Positions 49,333-59,191 of a stretch of 64,000 nucleotides of DNA are shown here, one piece after another (within the stretch, counting starts at the first letter, position 1; every line of letters starts with the position of its first letter). Origin of the DNA: an uncultured virus (IMG/VR IMGVR_UViG_3300030116_006045) (taxonomy: Duplodnaviria; Heunggongvirae; Uroviricota; Caudoviricetes); IMG/VR virus record IMGVR_UViG_3300030116_006045, positions 1-64,000 of that record. The stretch is one strand, 5' to 3'. The notes under the pieces were generated by a model. The model was not told the DNA's origin. It searched no databases and was given only the letters and a program-made list of their open reading frames with translations. The position numbers and the translations under genes were made by a program.

Positions 49333-50883
49333 ATGGAAGACCTTGATGAAATCAAAGAAAGGGCAAAAGTTCTCGCTGAGGCAACAGGTCGTTCAGAAGA
49401 AGACGTTCTTGCTGACCTTCTTGATGACGGTGTGCTTAACGAATCCAACAAAGAAAGCAAGGATCTGGTTTCCCAGCTCAAAGAAGCAGCTGCACTGATC
49501 ACTACCGTTCAGTCGATCAACAAGGAGGTTTCTGAAAACAAAGTGTTGAATGGTGGCGACAACAAAACAGAAGTCGCTATCGAAACCACACTTGAAGGCG
49601 ACATAGTAGATCGAGCTATCGAATCGGCACAGCGAAAAGCTGAGAATATAAAAAAACTGGTGGCGACTTTACTCCCTTTAGTGTTACTCGTCGGGGGCGG
49701 TGGTTCCCTCGAAATGTTCGGCGTAACCGACTTCGTAGGTTCAGAAGACGATGGTGAATACTACGACGATACTTATGTTGAGATTTGGGGCTGTACTGAT
49801 TGGAACGCAGATAATTATGATGAGTATGCAAACATGGATGATGGGTCTTGCTCTTACCCTGTTTATGGATGCACTAACGACGCTGCACCAAATTACAATT
49901 CCGATGCGACAGTAGATGATGGGTCGTGTGAACCTAACCCACCTCCACCTCGACCTGGCTGTACAGACCCCGAAGCTGATAACTACGATGAAGAAGCACA
50001 GCAAGATGATGGTTCGTGCGAATACCCTCCAGATCCAATACTAGGATGCACCGATTCTGAAGCTGACAATTATGACGATGAGGCCACAGAGGACGATGGA
50101 TCTTGCGAATACCCACCTGAACCCGTTTATGGCTGCACAGATGATTCAGCTAATAACTACAATCCTGAAGCAACCGAAGACGACGAATCGTGTGAATACG
50201 ACCCTGAACCTGAATGTGAGGTTGAAATCCATAATCACTACCGAGGACACGTAGCAGACGATGATGAACAGGATGCTATCTTAGTAGCCTTTAGAGTTCA
50301 TCCAATAGATTGTGAAGGGGAGACAATTGAAATTGATATTGATATGCACCCTCCAGGTGAAGATGATGAGGTGGACTACCATCACTACATAACTGTCAGT
50401 GGAGACAATGATACTGTCGTTTCTCATGTTTTTGATCACGTTGCTGTTGGAGTGTGGGTTCCCCGTATCACAGCGATAATTGATGATGAGCAATTAGAGC
50501 GCGTGTGGTTTTGGTCGATAGAGGTTGTAGAGCAAACGTGTGAGATTAACCTATATGGTATCAACATAGGCACTAACAACACATCTGCTGTCGTGTTTTA
50601 TGATCTTGATTGTGGCACAGAACAAAACGATCTCGATGGCTACAATGTGTCTGTACAGTTCCTTGTGTATGCTGTGAACTCAACCGATGACCCCATCGAG
50701 TATAACACCTCTTTACACTATATTGAAGGCTACGAAGATGACACACAGATGCTACGCCTAAGTAATTTTACTGATGGCAATACAACACACTATGATTTCT
50801 ATTGGTATGCCATATGGGAAGATGCAGATGGTGAGCAACAGTTCATCGAGCGGAAGTGGTTGAATAGGGAGCTATCCCCATGA
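49333..50883 (+). CDS. Membrane-anchored protein with five GCTD...NY...DDGSC repeats
   Basis: N-terminal coiled coil, single TM (LVATLLPLVLLVGG), five acidic Cys-bridged repeats (about 49790-50200) and Ig-like C-terminal domains. Confidence 0.75.
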   Translation: MEDLDEIKERAKVLAEATGRSEEDVLADLLDDGVLNESNKESKDLVSQLKEAAALITTVQSINKEVSENKVLNGGDNKTEVAIETTLEGDIVDRAIESAQRKAENIKKLVATLLPLVLLVGGGGSLEMFGVTDFVGSEDDGEYYDDTYVEIWGCTDWNADNYDEYANMDDGSCSYPVYGCTNDAAPNYNSDATVDDGSCEPNPPPPRPGCTDPEADNYDEEAQQDDGSCEYPPDPILGCTDSEADNYDDEATEDDGSCEYPPEPVYGCTDDSANNYNPEATEDDESCEYDPEPECEVEIHNHYRGHVADDDEQDAILVAFRVHPIDCEGETIEIDIDMHPPGEDDEVDYHHYITVSGDNDTVVSHVFDHVAVGVWVPRITAIIDDEQLERVWFWSIEVVEQTCEINLYGINIGTNNTSAVVFYDLDCGTEQNDLDGYNVSVQFLVYAVNSTDDPIEYNTSLHYIEGYEDDTQMLRLSNFTDGNTTHYDFYWYAIWEDADGEQQFIERKWLNRELSP

Positions 50884-51317
50884 GCCATTATCAGCTCATG
50901 AATGAATCCGAAATCAAAGACAAAGTTAGCTCGTTTCAATGCCCTGTCGATAAGGGCTACCCTCAGCTGGTAACACCACTAACTTACTATACTCGCGTAG
51001 ATGGTGACGAAGTTCTTGCTTACTCATCCTTTTCTGATCTGGGTTCGTTCTATTTTGTAGGCAACACCTACGTTTTACCAAAGAATAGAGGACAGGGTAT
51101 CTATGGGGATCTTCTTACCAATCGCAATAACCACTTGAACGATAAGCCCAAGATTACCATTGTTAATCCCATAGAGGGTACAGACATAGATATTCTGCAC
51201 AGGCAAGTCGCCAAGCAAGGAGGGGTCAAGATTAACCTATATATTCAAGTGGCGGATTTTATGTCGAAGGAGTTATACAAGGAGCTAAGTGATCTCCCCA
51301 TCTATTTTTATCGGTGA
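50880..51317 (+). CDS. GNAT-family acetyltransferase
   Basis: Acetyl-CoA motif YVLPKNRGQGIY. Confidence 0.75.
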   Translation: MSHYQLMNESEIKDKVSSFQCPVDKGYPQLVTPLTYYTRVDGDEVLAYSSFSDLGSFYFVGNTYVLPKNRGQGIYGDLLTNRNNHLNDKPKITIVNPIEGTDIDILHRQVAKQGGVKINLYIQVADFMSKELYKELSDLPIYFYR

Positions 51318-51321
51318 TACT

Positions 51322-52410
51322 ATGCCAAATCCAAAACCAGGTGAAGAACGCGACGATTACATGCAACGCTGTATGCGTGATGGTAAGATGAACAAGCAAT
51401 TCCCTGACTCGAAACAACGCTATGCTGTGTGCGTCCGATATTATGATGAATCACCAGAGGCTTCGGAGGAAACAATGGACGCGACTGACTCATTGGGTAT
51501 TGACCCTAATCACGGATATGATTTGGATTACATACGCGAAGCTGAAGCTGACGAGCTTTGGGAATCTATTATTGAAGCATCACATGAAGGCTCAGTGGTT
51601 TTAGATGAGGCTACTGTTGAAGCCCTGCAATACGGACGACCAGGAAAGAATGATCCACGGAAGACACCAGCTAAACCAAGTGAACGTCGCAAGGGGTCTA
51701 AGAAAAACAAACCTGGGTCTGCTAAGAAACCTAACAAATCTATTCAAGTTTCAAAAGGAACAGAATCAAGGCTTCGCAAACTCATGACTGAACACAACGC
51801 GAAAGTCAAGAAGAAAGGTAAAGGATCTAGGGCAGGTATGGGCGCACTCAAGAGTGTGTTTCGTCGCGGTGCTGGTGCTTTCAGCCGTAGCCACGCCCCA
51901 GGCATGGGACGTACAGGTTGGGGAATCGCAAGAGTCAAGGCATTCCTATACCTTCTTCGTAATGGACGACCTTCCAACCCCAATTACAAGCAAGACAATG
52001 ACTTACTTCCTAAAGGACATCCGAGAGCAAAGAAAGCTAACGTAGATGAAGACGAGGAAGTGTCTGACTTTGTTATTCTGTCAGCATCTGCTGTATATCA
52101 AGGTAGAAAGGTCACACTAAATAAACCATTTAGAACTCCTAAAGGTCCGAAGAAGTTTTCTGTTTATGTTAAGAATGAAAAGGGTAATGTCGTAAAGGTG
52201 AACTTTGGTGATCCCAACATGGAAATAAAACGTGATGACCCCGCAAGACGCAAATCATTTCGAGCAAGACACAATTGCGATAACCCTGGCCCAAAGACAA
52301 AAGCTCGTTACTGGAGCTGTAAAATGTGGGAACGATCTAAAAGTGTAAAGGACTACACAAGTTCTGAGGATCTGGAGAATCAAATCGCAGAACTTCTTTC
52401 AGAAGATTGA
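51322..52410 (+). CDS. Basic multi-domain head-associated protein
   Basis: Three modules common in marine phage head regions: PKPGE..DDYM.RC...QRYAVC; VFRRG.GAF..SH.P...W..ARV.AFL; and KVTLNKPFR...VNFGDP...SFRARH.C...ARYWSC. Confidence 0.65.
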   Translation: MPNPKPGEERDDYMQRCMRDGKMNKQFPDSKQRYAVCVRYYDESPEASEETMDATDSLGIDPNHGYDLDYIREAEADELWESIIEASHEGSVVLDEATVEALQYGRPGKNDPRKTPAKPSERRKGSKKNKPGSAKKPNKSIQVSKGTESRLRKLMTEHNAKVKKKGKGSRAGMGALKSVFRRGAGAFSRSHAPGMGRTGWGIARVKAFLYLLRNGRPSNPNYKQDNDLLPKGHPRAKKANVDEDEEVSDFVILSASAVYQGRKVTLNKPFRTPKGPKKFSVYVKNEKGNVVKVNFGDPNMEIKRDDPARRKSFRARHNCDNPGPKTKARYWSCKMWERSKSVKDYTSSEDLENQIAELLSED

Positions 52411-52437
52411 TGAATCAGATGGTGGCTGACACCGTTC

Positions 52438-53892
52438 ATGTCCGATGACTGTGACTGTGGTTGTGCTGATTGTGATGATAATGTCATAGCAGAAGAAATG
52501 GGTAAAGACATCTTTGATAATCCAGGCGAGGCTATGCGTCGTTCTAAGGAATTAGGATGCGATAAGGTTCACACCATGCGTCGTGACGGACAGACACTTT
52601 TCATGCCTTGTGGCACTCATGATGAATATGATAGAAAAATGTCTGAAGAAGCTGGTTATCATGATGATGATGAAGACGAGGACAAAAAGAAAGCTGAAGA
52701 TGATGATGAAGAGGAATACGACGCATCAGCTAACTGTGAGTCCGGTTATTGTCCTCCTGGTTTTGAGTTTGTAGCTGGAGAATGTATTACTGTAACGTGC
52801 GATCTGGATATTCAAAGTGTTGAGGTTATAGCCGAGGCAAACACAGGTATCAATGTAATCCGAATATCTGGTGTAGCGTTCACAAATGGCTACAATAAGA
52901 ATGGGTGGCGTCTTACTAAAGAAGCTGCAGAAAACACTGTTGAACAAATGGTCGGAGCCGATCTTACTCTAAATCACCCTAAGCAAAAGGGTGTTGGCTT
53001 TTCTCGAAACATGGATGGTGGAGTCGATGAAGCCGTTGTTGGTATTGTTACAGAAGCCAAGATGAACTATGGTGATGAAGACGACGAGAAATACTCTGTT
53101 CGATTCAAGGGTGAGGTGTATAGAGAGGAATTGTTCGCAGCTCTTGAGTCCGGCTTATGGCTTCGTGAGGGCTATGGTGTGTCTATCGGTGGTACTGGAA
53201 TACCTACCGCTACCGAGGAAGATGAGAAGGGTCGAAGGCGCATGACTTTTGGTGGAGATTTTAGCTTTGATCACCTCGCAATCGTTCACAAACCCGCATA
53301 CGCAGACGCTAAGATAGACAAAGTGGAGAAGGTTGAGCTGGAAATGCCCTCAGCCTCCACCTTGATATATCAAACGGGTGATGGCTCAATTCAACCAAAG
53401 GGTGAAGAGAACATGAGTGACGAAATCGAAATGGTCGAAGCATCGGAAGCATCTGATGATCTGGCCGCTATTCAAGAACAATTGGTATTAGCCAATGCAC
53501 GAATCGCTGAGTTTGAAGCTCAGGCTATGGAAGCTGCTGAATCAGAGCGTGTTGCTCTTGTTGAGAAGGCAAGCGAGCTTGGTCTTTCCGGTCACGACGA
53601 CTTTACCACTGAAATGTTAGAGCGCGTGATCTCATCCTGGGAAGCATCCCGACCTGAGCCACGCGAAATGGCTCCGGCTACTCCAGCAGCTCCTGAAGCT
53701 GTTATCGAAGCGAGTGAAGAGGTTCCTGAGAACCGCTCAGTCGTTGCTAACTACCTGAATGGGGAACTTGTTGAGTCCTCACAGGATCTTTACAGTCGCG
53801 CATGGAACGCTTGGGCTTCCGCCTGGAATGGAACTATTTCCGGTGGAGATGAACGCGCTCCAATGTTCGATGAAATCAAGGAAAAGGTGTGA
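52438..53892 (+). CDS. Prohead protease fused to C-terminal scaffold
   Basis: LTLNH, VSIGG and DHLAIVHKPAY protease motifs; acidic coiled-coil C-terminus; upstream of the capsid genes. Confidence 0.8.
   Translation: MSDDCDCGCADCDDNVIAEEMGKDIFDNPGEAMRRSKELGCDKVHTMRRDGQTLFMPCGTHDEYDRKMSEEAGYHDDDEDEDKKKAEDDDEEEYDASANCESGYCPPGFEFVAGECITVTCDLDIQSVEVIAEANTGINVIRISGVAFTNGYNKNGWRLTKEAAENTVEQMVGADLTLNHPKQKGVGFSRNMDGGVDEAVVGIVTEAKMNYGDEDDEKYSVRFKGEVYREELFAALESGLWLREGYGVSIGGTGIPTATEEDEKGRRRMTFGGDFSFDHLAIVHKPAYADAKIDKVEKVELEMPSASTLIYQTGDGSIQPKGEENMSDEIEMVEASEASDDLAAIQEQLVLANARIAEFEAQAMEAAESERVALVEKASELGLSGHDDFTTEMLERVISSWEASRPEPREMAPATPAAPEAVIEASEEVPENRSVVANYLNGELVESSQDLYSRAWNAWASAWNGTISGGDERAPMFDEIKEKV
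53413..53892 (+). CDS. Nested in-frame scaffold protein (MSDEIEMVEASE...)
   Basis: Internal TTGATATATC promoter at 53362, GGTGA RBS at 53401 and in-frame ATG at 53413. Confidence 0.6.
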   Translation: MSDEIEMVEASEASDDLAAIQEQLVLANARIAEFEAQAMEAAESERVALVEKASELGLSGHDDFTTEMLERVISSWEASRPEPREMAPATPAAPEAVIEASEEVPENRSVVANYLNGELVESSQDLYSRAWNAWASAWNGTISGGDERAPMFDEIKEKV

Positions 53893-53897
53893 TTAAA

Positions 53898-54305
53898 ATG
53901 ACATACGGTGCATCAGACGCAAGAACTTACACAGTGAAAGACGGGGTTTATCCAAAGAAGGGTAGCCTACTAACTATTCAGACCAGCGATGGTAAGGTAG
54001 ATCTCACTACCGCTACCGAGGTATGCCACCTCATAGCTGTTGATGAGTCCTCCAGGGACGCAGACGGCACTCTTGTAGCGGCAAGCGCGACTGTAACAGC
54101 AGTCCCTGTCGGTGGAGTAGCATTCGTACTCATGACAAATGGGCAGACGCTCACAGCTGGCGACGAAATCTTCGTCGGTGCTGATGGTTTGGGAACTGTC
54201 ACAGCTGGTTCAAGCAAGAAGCTCGGTATCAATCTCGGTCCAGCAGCTACCACAGCAACAGGAGTTGTTTATCCGGTAAATACTAATGGAGCGGAACAGA
54301 TCTGA
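53898..54305 (+). CDS. Capsid cement/decoration protein
   Basis: Small beta-rich protein between protease and MCP, with a GDEIFVGADG pattern. Confidence 0.7.
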   Translation: MTYGASDARTYTVKDGVYPKKGSLLTIQTSDGKVDLTTATEVCHLIAVDESSRDADGTLVAASATVTAVPVGGVAFVLMTNGQTLTAGDEIFVGADGLGTVTAGSSKKLGINLGPAATTATGVVYPVNTNGAEQI

Positions 54306-54340
54306 GGATTTGGAGAATAAAAAATAGGAAGTGATTAAAA

Positions 54341-55252
54341 ATGACGAACTTGAACTTGAAACAGATCTTGAACATCGAAGCAGCTGACGGACCTTTTGGT
54401 AAGGAAGATGCTGTCCTACAACAGACCCTCCGTGATTTCATCCAGCTACAATCTGATGTGATCTCCGTAGGAACAAAGGTTGTTGGAACCCGAACGGTTC
54501 CCTGGATGACCTACAAATACTACACTGGAGCTTCTGGAAGCTTTACTTTCCCAATCGACGAGAACGCAGTCGTAGATGCTACTCACATCGGAACCGAGAA
54601 CTACACGGTTGCTTTGGAGAAGGGTCAGGGACGCACTGTGTTCCTCGACTCCGTTCGCCTACGTGGTGAAACTTTCGAGACATTGGATCGTCAGCAGCTT
54701 GCTATCGTCCGTCGCCGAGCTGAGGTTATCGACAACCACATTCTAAGCAAGCTTCACGGTGGAGCTGGTCAGACAAAGGCTGCAACAGCTGTTTTCAATA
54801 ACGCTTCCGCAGATCCTGAGCAAGACATTCTTGATGCTATGGATCAGATTTTCGACAATGGCCGTGTAACTGGTGATGAGGCATTGGCTCTTATCCTACC
54901 GGCTAACACTCGCTCGATTCTTCTAAACACCAGCTTGTATGGAAACGTCATTGAATCTCTACAAGAACACCTGGGCCGTATCGCAAACTTGAGTATCTAC
55001 TACTCGCGTGATCATGGTTCAAGTTCCGCTCTTGGAACCGACGCTGTTCTTTTGATTCCTGGTGCTGAAACCGCTGAGTTCTTCACCTACAACGGACCTG
55101 GCTACATGGAGACAGAAGTAACTCGAATGGAAGGCGTTGGCTACTCATACCTACTAACCTCCTACATGGGAACTGTGATCCACGAACACCAAGACGGTGC
55201 ATCCTCCGGCACAAGCAACAGAATCTGCAAGATTACAGGCGTTATCTCCTGA
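54341..55252 (+). CDS. Major capsid protein (HK97 fold)
   Basis: 303 aa; position after protease and cement; strong RBS; HK97-like pattern (...RAEVIDNHILSKL...DPEQDILDA...LIL). Confidence 0.8.
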   Translation: MTNLNLKQILNIEAADGPFGKEDAVLQQTLRDFIQLQSDVISVGTKVVGTRTVPWMTYKYYTGASGSFTFPIDENAVVDATHIGTENYTVALEKGQGRTVFLDSVRLRGETFETLDRQQLAIVRRRAEVIDNHILSKLHGGAGQTKAATAVFNNASADPEQDILDAMDQIFDNGRVTGDEALALILPANTRSILLNTSLYGNVIESLQEHLGRIANLSIYYSRDHGSSSALGTDAVLLIPGAETAEFFTYNGPGYMETEVTRMEGVGYSYLLTSYMGTVIHEHQDGASSGTSNRICKITGVIS

Positions 55253-55269
55253 TTAGGAGATGGCATCTC

Positions 55270-55485
55270 ATGAGCTGGCTTGAGCGTGTTTATGCCCAGG
55301 AAGGGCTGCAATACGTTGCTGTCCCAGATCCTGAACCTTCTATGGATTATTCGGGTCTAAAGGTAGCTGAACTACGTGATTTATTAGAAGCTCAAGGGCT
55401 TCCTACTAACGGTCGAAAGGCCGATTTGATTGCTCGTCTTGAAGAGAATAGTGAAGTGAGTACAGATGGCGAAGAAGAAGAGTAA
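55270..55485 (+). CDS. SAP/HeH-domain protein
   Basis: YSGLKVAELRDLLEAQGLPTNGRKADLIARL is a canonical SAP motif. Confidence 0.85.
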   Translation: MSWLERVYAQEGLQYVAVPDPEPSMDYSGLKVAELRDLLEAQGLPTNGRKADLIARLEENSEVSTDGEEEE

Positions 55486-55819
55486 AGCGAAGATTGTTAG
55501 AGAATTACACGATGCAGGTATTCCTGTGGACGCTGATCTCACGATAGCCGATCTTGAACATCGACTCAATCATTGGAAAGGCCCGAAGGGTTGGGTTTTA
55601 CGGCGATTCCGTCCTATTCCTAATAACTACACGCACCCAGCTATGATGCTCAACATCAACGAAACAACATGGGTTCCAGATTCTGACTTCGCCGAGATTA
55701 TTGTTTCATCACAAAAAGTTATGATAGTCGGTAGATGCAACACACCGCCTGAAGGTGTGCGTGTGTTAGACGTACCAAAACATCTCGACTTCTATGGTAG
55801 CCCAGGAGAGGAAGAATAA
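55466..55819 (+). CDS. Hypothetical virion-associated protein
   Basis: Coupled ORF in the head-neck module. Confidence 0.55.
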   Translation: MAKKKSKAKIVRELHDAGIPVDADLTIADLEHRLNHWKGPKGWVLRRFRPIPNNYTHPAMMLNINETTWVPDSDFAEIIVSSQKVMIVGRCNTPPEGVRVLDVPKHLDFYGSPGEEE

Positions 55820-56205
55820 TGGCTGTTACCACAACACAGATTCGTGATTTACTTAACAGACCTACGGGACTTGTTGAAGGAACAATCACAGAATACATCA
55901 ACATGAGGGATCGTGAAGCTACTAAGATAGCAAGAACTAGCTCATACAACATAGGAACGGATCACCAAGTCACTACGGATCTAAAAGAAGATTTCATCAA
56001 GGCTGCTGTATGCGTCGATTGTCTTATCGTATTGATTGATACTCTCCCATCGGATCTGGAGCCAAATCAACGCACTGTCAGTGATACACGGTTTCGAGAA
56101 CAATTGAACGCATTCAAAGAGCGCATGGCTACTGCCCGACAGAACATAGCAGAACCTAACGCAGCTGCCTTCGCTACGGATTCAACAGCGACCAGGCAGG
56201 AGTAA
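55819..56205 (+). CDS. Putative head-tail adaptor
   Basis: Helical, MAVTTTQIRDLL-type N-terminus, located after the MCP. Confidence 0.5.
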   Translation: MAVTTTQIRDLLNRPTGLVEGTITEYINMRDREATKIARTSSYNIGTDHQVTTDLKEDFIKAAVCVDCLIVLIDTLPSDLEPNQRTVSDTRFREQLNAFKERMATARQNIAEPNAAAFATDSTATRQE

Positions 56206-56207
56206 GC

Positions 56208-58124
56208 ATGACTGATTTTTATTGGGTAGCTACCGGCACTACCGCTACTGACGCAGCAGCGGCTGGTGGGTGGAGTACAAGCTCAGGAGGTTCAGCACAG
56301 TCGTCTTGGCCTGGCTCAAGCCCTACAACCACAGATAATTTTTATTTCGATGCTAATTCAAACGCCCCTTGTATATGGGGCATCGCTTCTGTGGAATCCA
56401 TAGTATGTAGCCTTACATCTCTTTTCACAGCTGGTATTCAGCTTAAAGGAAATGTGGCCCTAAAAGGATTACAATTGAACACACCTCTTACTCTCAACAG
56501 TGGAACCGCGTCTTCAACACTCACATTCAGCAGTCCTTTGAGTGGCTTTCGAGATTCAGCATCAAAGGATAGATTTGTTTTGAATGGTCAGAAGGCTAAC
56601 GTCACAGGAGACATTACTTACAAGTTTCAAGGAAACGTGTACTTAGATGACGGCCCATATCAAAAGATAGATCTCAATAGTGGTATCTTACTACCTGGTT
56701 ACAATGTTCCTACAAGCACTGTTCATGACAATGCTGATGACGGCTTTGCTCATGTTAAGGGGGCATTCATAACATCAGGTGGAACAGTGTCCAGATCCAC
56801 AGTAGTTCCTAACCGAGCTTTAGATTCAGCTAAGAAGTTCAAGATCGATACTACCACATTCACTTATGCACATACCAGCTTTGATGCTATGCTGTCCCAA
56901 TGGTGGTTTAGAGGTATTACTTTGCCTGTGTCCGGCTCTACGACATATGGTGGTGGTTCTCCAGCTTTCCAAGCTAAACACCACTCGATTGTAATCTTCG
57001 CAAGCTCGGCTGGTGATAAAGTAACAATTACATCGGGTCTTACTCTCGACTGTTATGATCTGGAGATTCGTGCTGGTGCTAGATTAGTCAGCTCATCAAA
57101 CGGAGATCCCGTAACAATCCGCACACAAAAGCTTCCCACGATTAACGGTGGCTGGTCTTTCGAGCCGGTAGCATCGTTTGAGTTCGTATCTCCCAGGAAC
57201 AACCCTGTCCTTCCTATCGTTCGTGGCGGAACAGGACTGAAGACCATAGGAACAGCTGGGCAGGTATTGAAAGTCAATAGCAGTGCTAACGCTCTTGAAT
57301 ATGGAGCTGTCTCCGGTGGATCTGGAACAGTAACAAGTGTTGCTACCTCAGCCCCAATCACAGGAGGAACAATTACAGCAACAGGTACAATCGGTATCAG
57401 CGCGGCAACGACAAGTGCCGCTGGATCTATGTCTTCGGCTGATAAGACCAAGTTAGACGGTATCGAAGCCTCGGCTGACGTTACCGATGCAACAAACGTG
57501 GCGGCGGCAGGAGCGTTAATGGATTCAGAGCTTACAGATTTAGCTGGCGTCAAAGGTGTAACAATATCTACGCTTCAAGTAAAGCCAAGTGAGGGTGCAT
57601 TCGCAAATGGAGACAAAACTAAACTCGATGGAATAGCTGCTAACGCTACTGCATACGCTGATGCTAACGCACAACAAGCATCTCTTGGTGTGGCACTAAC
57701 AACAGTGACGCTTGGCACAACCGTTAGCGGTTTTACTTCGGGTGCATACACAATCGCACCCTTGAACAACGTCGTGAAAGACGTAACAAGTGCGTGGGAT
57801 GGCTCAGGATATTACTTTACTGCACCCGCCGATGGGATCTATCATGTTACTTTCAATGCCTCTATACAAGGACTTACCACCTTATCACACGTTGCTATCA
57901 CTAGATTATACAAAGACACAGGCAGCGGATTTAACTTCATAGCATCTGGAAGCACCGCCAGACAAAGTGGTGCTGTGGCAGTAGGAAATGTAACTTTAGC
58001 CCTAAATACTGGTGATAAGTTAGCACTATATGTTTATCATGATGGGGGTTCCAGTAAGAATCTTCTTGGTGATAACATAGCACCAAATTACACAATGATG
58101 TCTATTAGGATGGTGGGTCTATGA
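56208..58124 (+). CDS. Fibre protein with C1q/TNF-like C-terminal domain
   Basis: GTAGQVLK and DKTKLDGI fibre repeats; C-terminal FTAPADGIYHV...LNTGDKL C1q pattern. Confidence 0.75.
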   Translation: MTDFYWVATGTTATDAAAAGGWSTSSGGSAQSSWPGSSPTTTDNFYFDANSNAPCIWGIASVESIVCSLTSLFTAGIQLKGNVALKGLQLNTPLTLNSGTASSTLTFSSPLSGFRDSASKDRFVLNGQKANVTGDITYKFQGNVYLDDGPYQKIDLNSGILLPGYNVPTSTVHDNADDGFAHVKGAFITSGGTVSRSTVVPNRALDSAKKFKIDTTTFTYAHTSFDAMLSQWWFRGITLPVSGSTTYGGGSPAFQAKHHSIVIFASSAGDKVTITSGLTLDCYDLEIRAGARLVSSSNGDPVTIRTQKLPTINGGWSFEPVASFEFVSPRNNPVLPIVRGGTGLKTIGTAGQVLKVNSSANALEYGAVSGGSGTVTSVATSAPITGGTITATGTIGISAATTSAAGSMSSADKTKLDGIEASADVTDATNVAAAGALMDSELTDLAGVKGVTISTLQVKPSEGAFANGDKTKLDGIAANATAYADANAQQASLGVALTTVTLGTTVSGFTSGAYTIAPLNNVVKDVTSAWDGSGYYFTAPADGIYHVTFNASIQGLTTLSHVAITRLYKDTGSGFNFIASGSTARQSGAVAVGNVTLALNTGDKLALYVYHDGGSSKNLLGDNIAPNYTMMSIRMVGL

Positions 58125-58294
58125 CGAAAACATTAGAACAAGTATTGTTAGAAAACTATCCTAATTACATACCTTACTTTCATGGCTGTGTTCAAGATGA
58201 TGGCGACGGTCCTTACTTTCGCAGGGACATATGGCCGAGTGAGCTTGGAACAGCACCAACAGACGCACAATTAACGGAGTGGATGAATGAATGA
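58121..58294 (+). CDS. XkdW-like fibre assembly protein (not in ORF track)
   Basis: Hand translation ...VQDDGDGPYF..W...APTDAQL; directly after the fibre gene. Confidence 0.6.
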   Translation: MTKTLEQVLLENYPNYIPYFHGCVQDDGDGPYFRRDIWPSELGTAPTDAQLTEWMNE

Positions 58295-58467
58295 GTAAAA
58301 GAGTAGGAAAGATCGTGTACACCCCACCTGAAAGGTGCTTAAATCACGTGATCATAGAAGAGACACCGCATGGCTACAAAATCTATCAACGGGGTCAAGA
58401 TAGACCTTTCAAGGTGCTACCTTTAAGCGTGGTAAAGAGCGTGGATTACAATGAGGGAGAGCGTTAG
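58291..58467 (+). CDS. 58-aa hypothetical protein (not in ORF track)
   Basis: MSKRVGKIVYTPPERC...; ATGA-coupled. Confidence 0.55.
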   Translation: MSKRVGKIVYTPPERCLNHVIIEETPHGYKIYQRGQDRPFKVLPLSVVKSVDYNEGER

Positions 58468-58469
58468 TC

Positions 58470-58667
58470 ATGGACATCGAGCTTTGGTTAGTAGCTGTTT
58501 TAGCTGGTGTTGCTTTCGGACTTTGGGGTTGGGAGAGATGGAAGGCTATTACCGCAGATGGTAAGATCACTCTCGATGAAATCGTCGCCGCCGTAAGGGA
58601 GGCCGCTCCAATGGCGCAAGACGTCAAGGAGAAGGTCGAAGATGCGGTGGACGGTGAGGAAGAGTGA
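58470..58667 (+). CDS. Small membrane protein
   Basis: N-terminal TM helix followed by ADGKITLDE. Confidence 0.6.
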   Translation: MDIELWLVAVLAGVAFGLWGWERWKAITADGKITLDEIVAAVREAAPMAQDVKEKVEDAVDGEEE

Positions 58668-59191
58668 CTTACTACTGTTCAACCGCAGACGTAGCTCAAC
58701 GCTTAGGTCTTGATGCAGCTCAACGCACCAGATCCGCAAGTCGATTAGGTAGTGTGATCCGTAGAGCTACTGTTGAAATCGATTCCTGTTTTCGTAACTA
58801 CGGTCGTGATGCACCCTCCCGCGAAACAGCTTCTTCGACGTTAAATGGCGGAGTTAGTGCTGGTGCTACTACTATCACACTCGCAAGCGGAACGGGCTTT
58901 AGCAACGCAGGTAACGGTAACGTCGATGGTGATTCATTCAAGTGGACTGGTAAATCTACTAACGACCTTACAGGTGTTACTGGACTTAGCGCGGATCACG
59001 CCACTGGGGTCACGGTCGAACAGGGTGAGTTCGCTCATGTTATGCGCGAGGTATGTGCTGACATCGCTGCAGGTATGTATCTTCAAGATGAAGCTGCTTT
59101 TTCAACAGAAACAGCTATTCGCGCTCCGATCTATACCCAACGTGGCTACGAACTTCTATATCGAACAGCCAAGCTTGGGACGGTGGATTGA
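58664..59191 (+). CDS. Head-tail adaptor (gp15/gp6-like) with an inserted beta domain
   Basis: YYCSTADV...IRRATVEIDS...REVCADIAA adaptor pattern. Confidence 0.7.
   Translation: MTYYCSTADVAQRLGLDAAQRTRSASRLGSVIRRATVEIDSCFRNYGRDAPSRETASSTLNGGVSAGATTITLASGTGFSNAGNGNVDGDSFKWTGKSTNDLTGVTGLSADHATGVTVEQGEFAHVMREVCADIAAGMYLQDEAAFSTETAIRAPIYTQRGYELLYRTAKLGTVD

Noticed and set aside
49780..50220. Nucleotide-level repeats suggesting a DGR or tandem array
   Set aside because: They are the coding GCTD protein repeats. No reverse transcriptase or adenine-specific TR/VR pair was seen.
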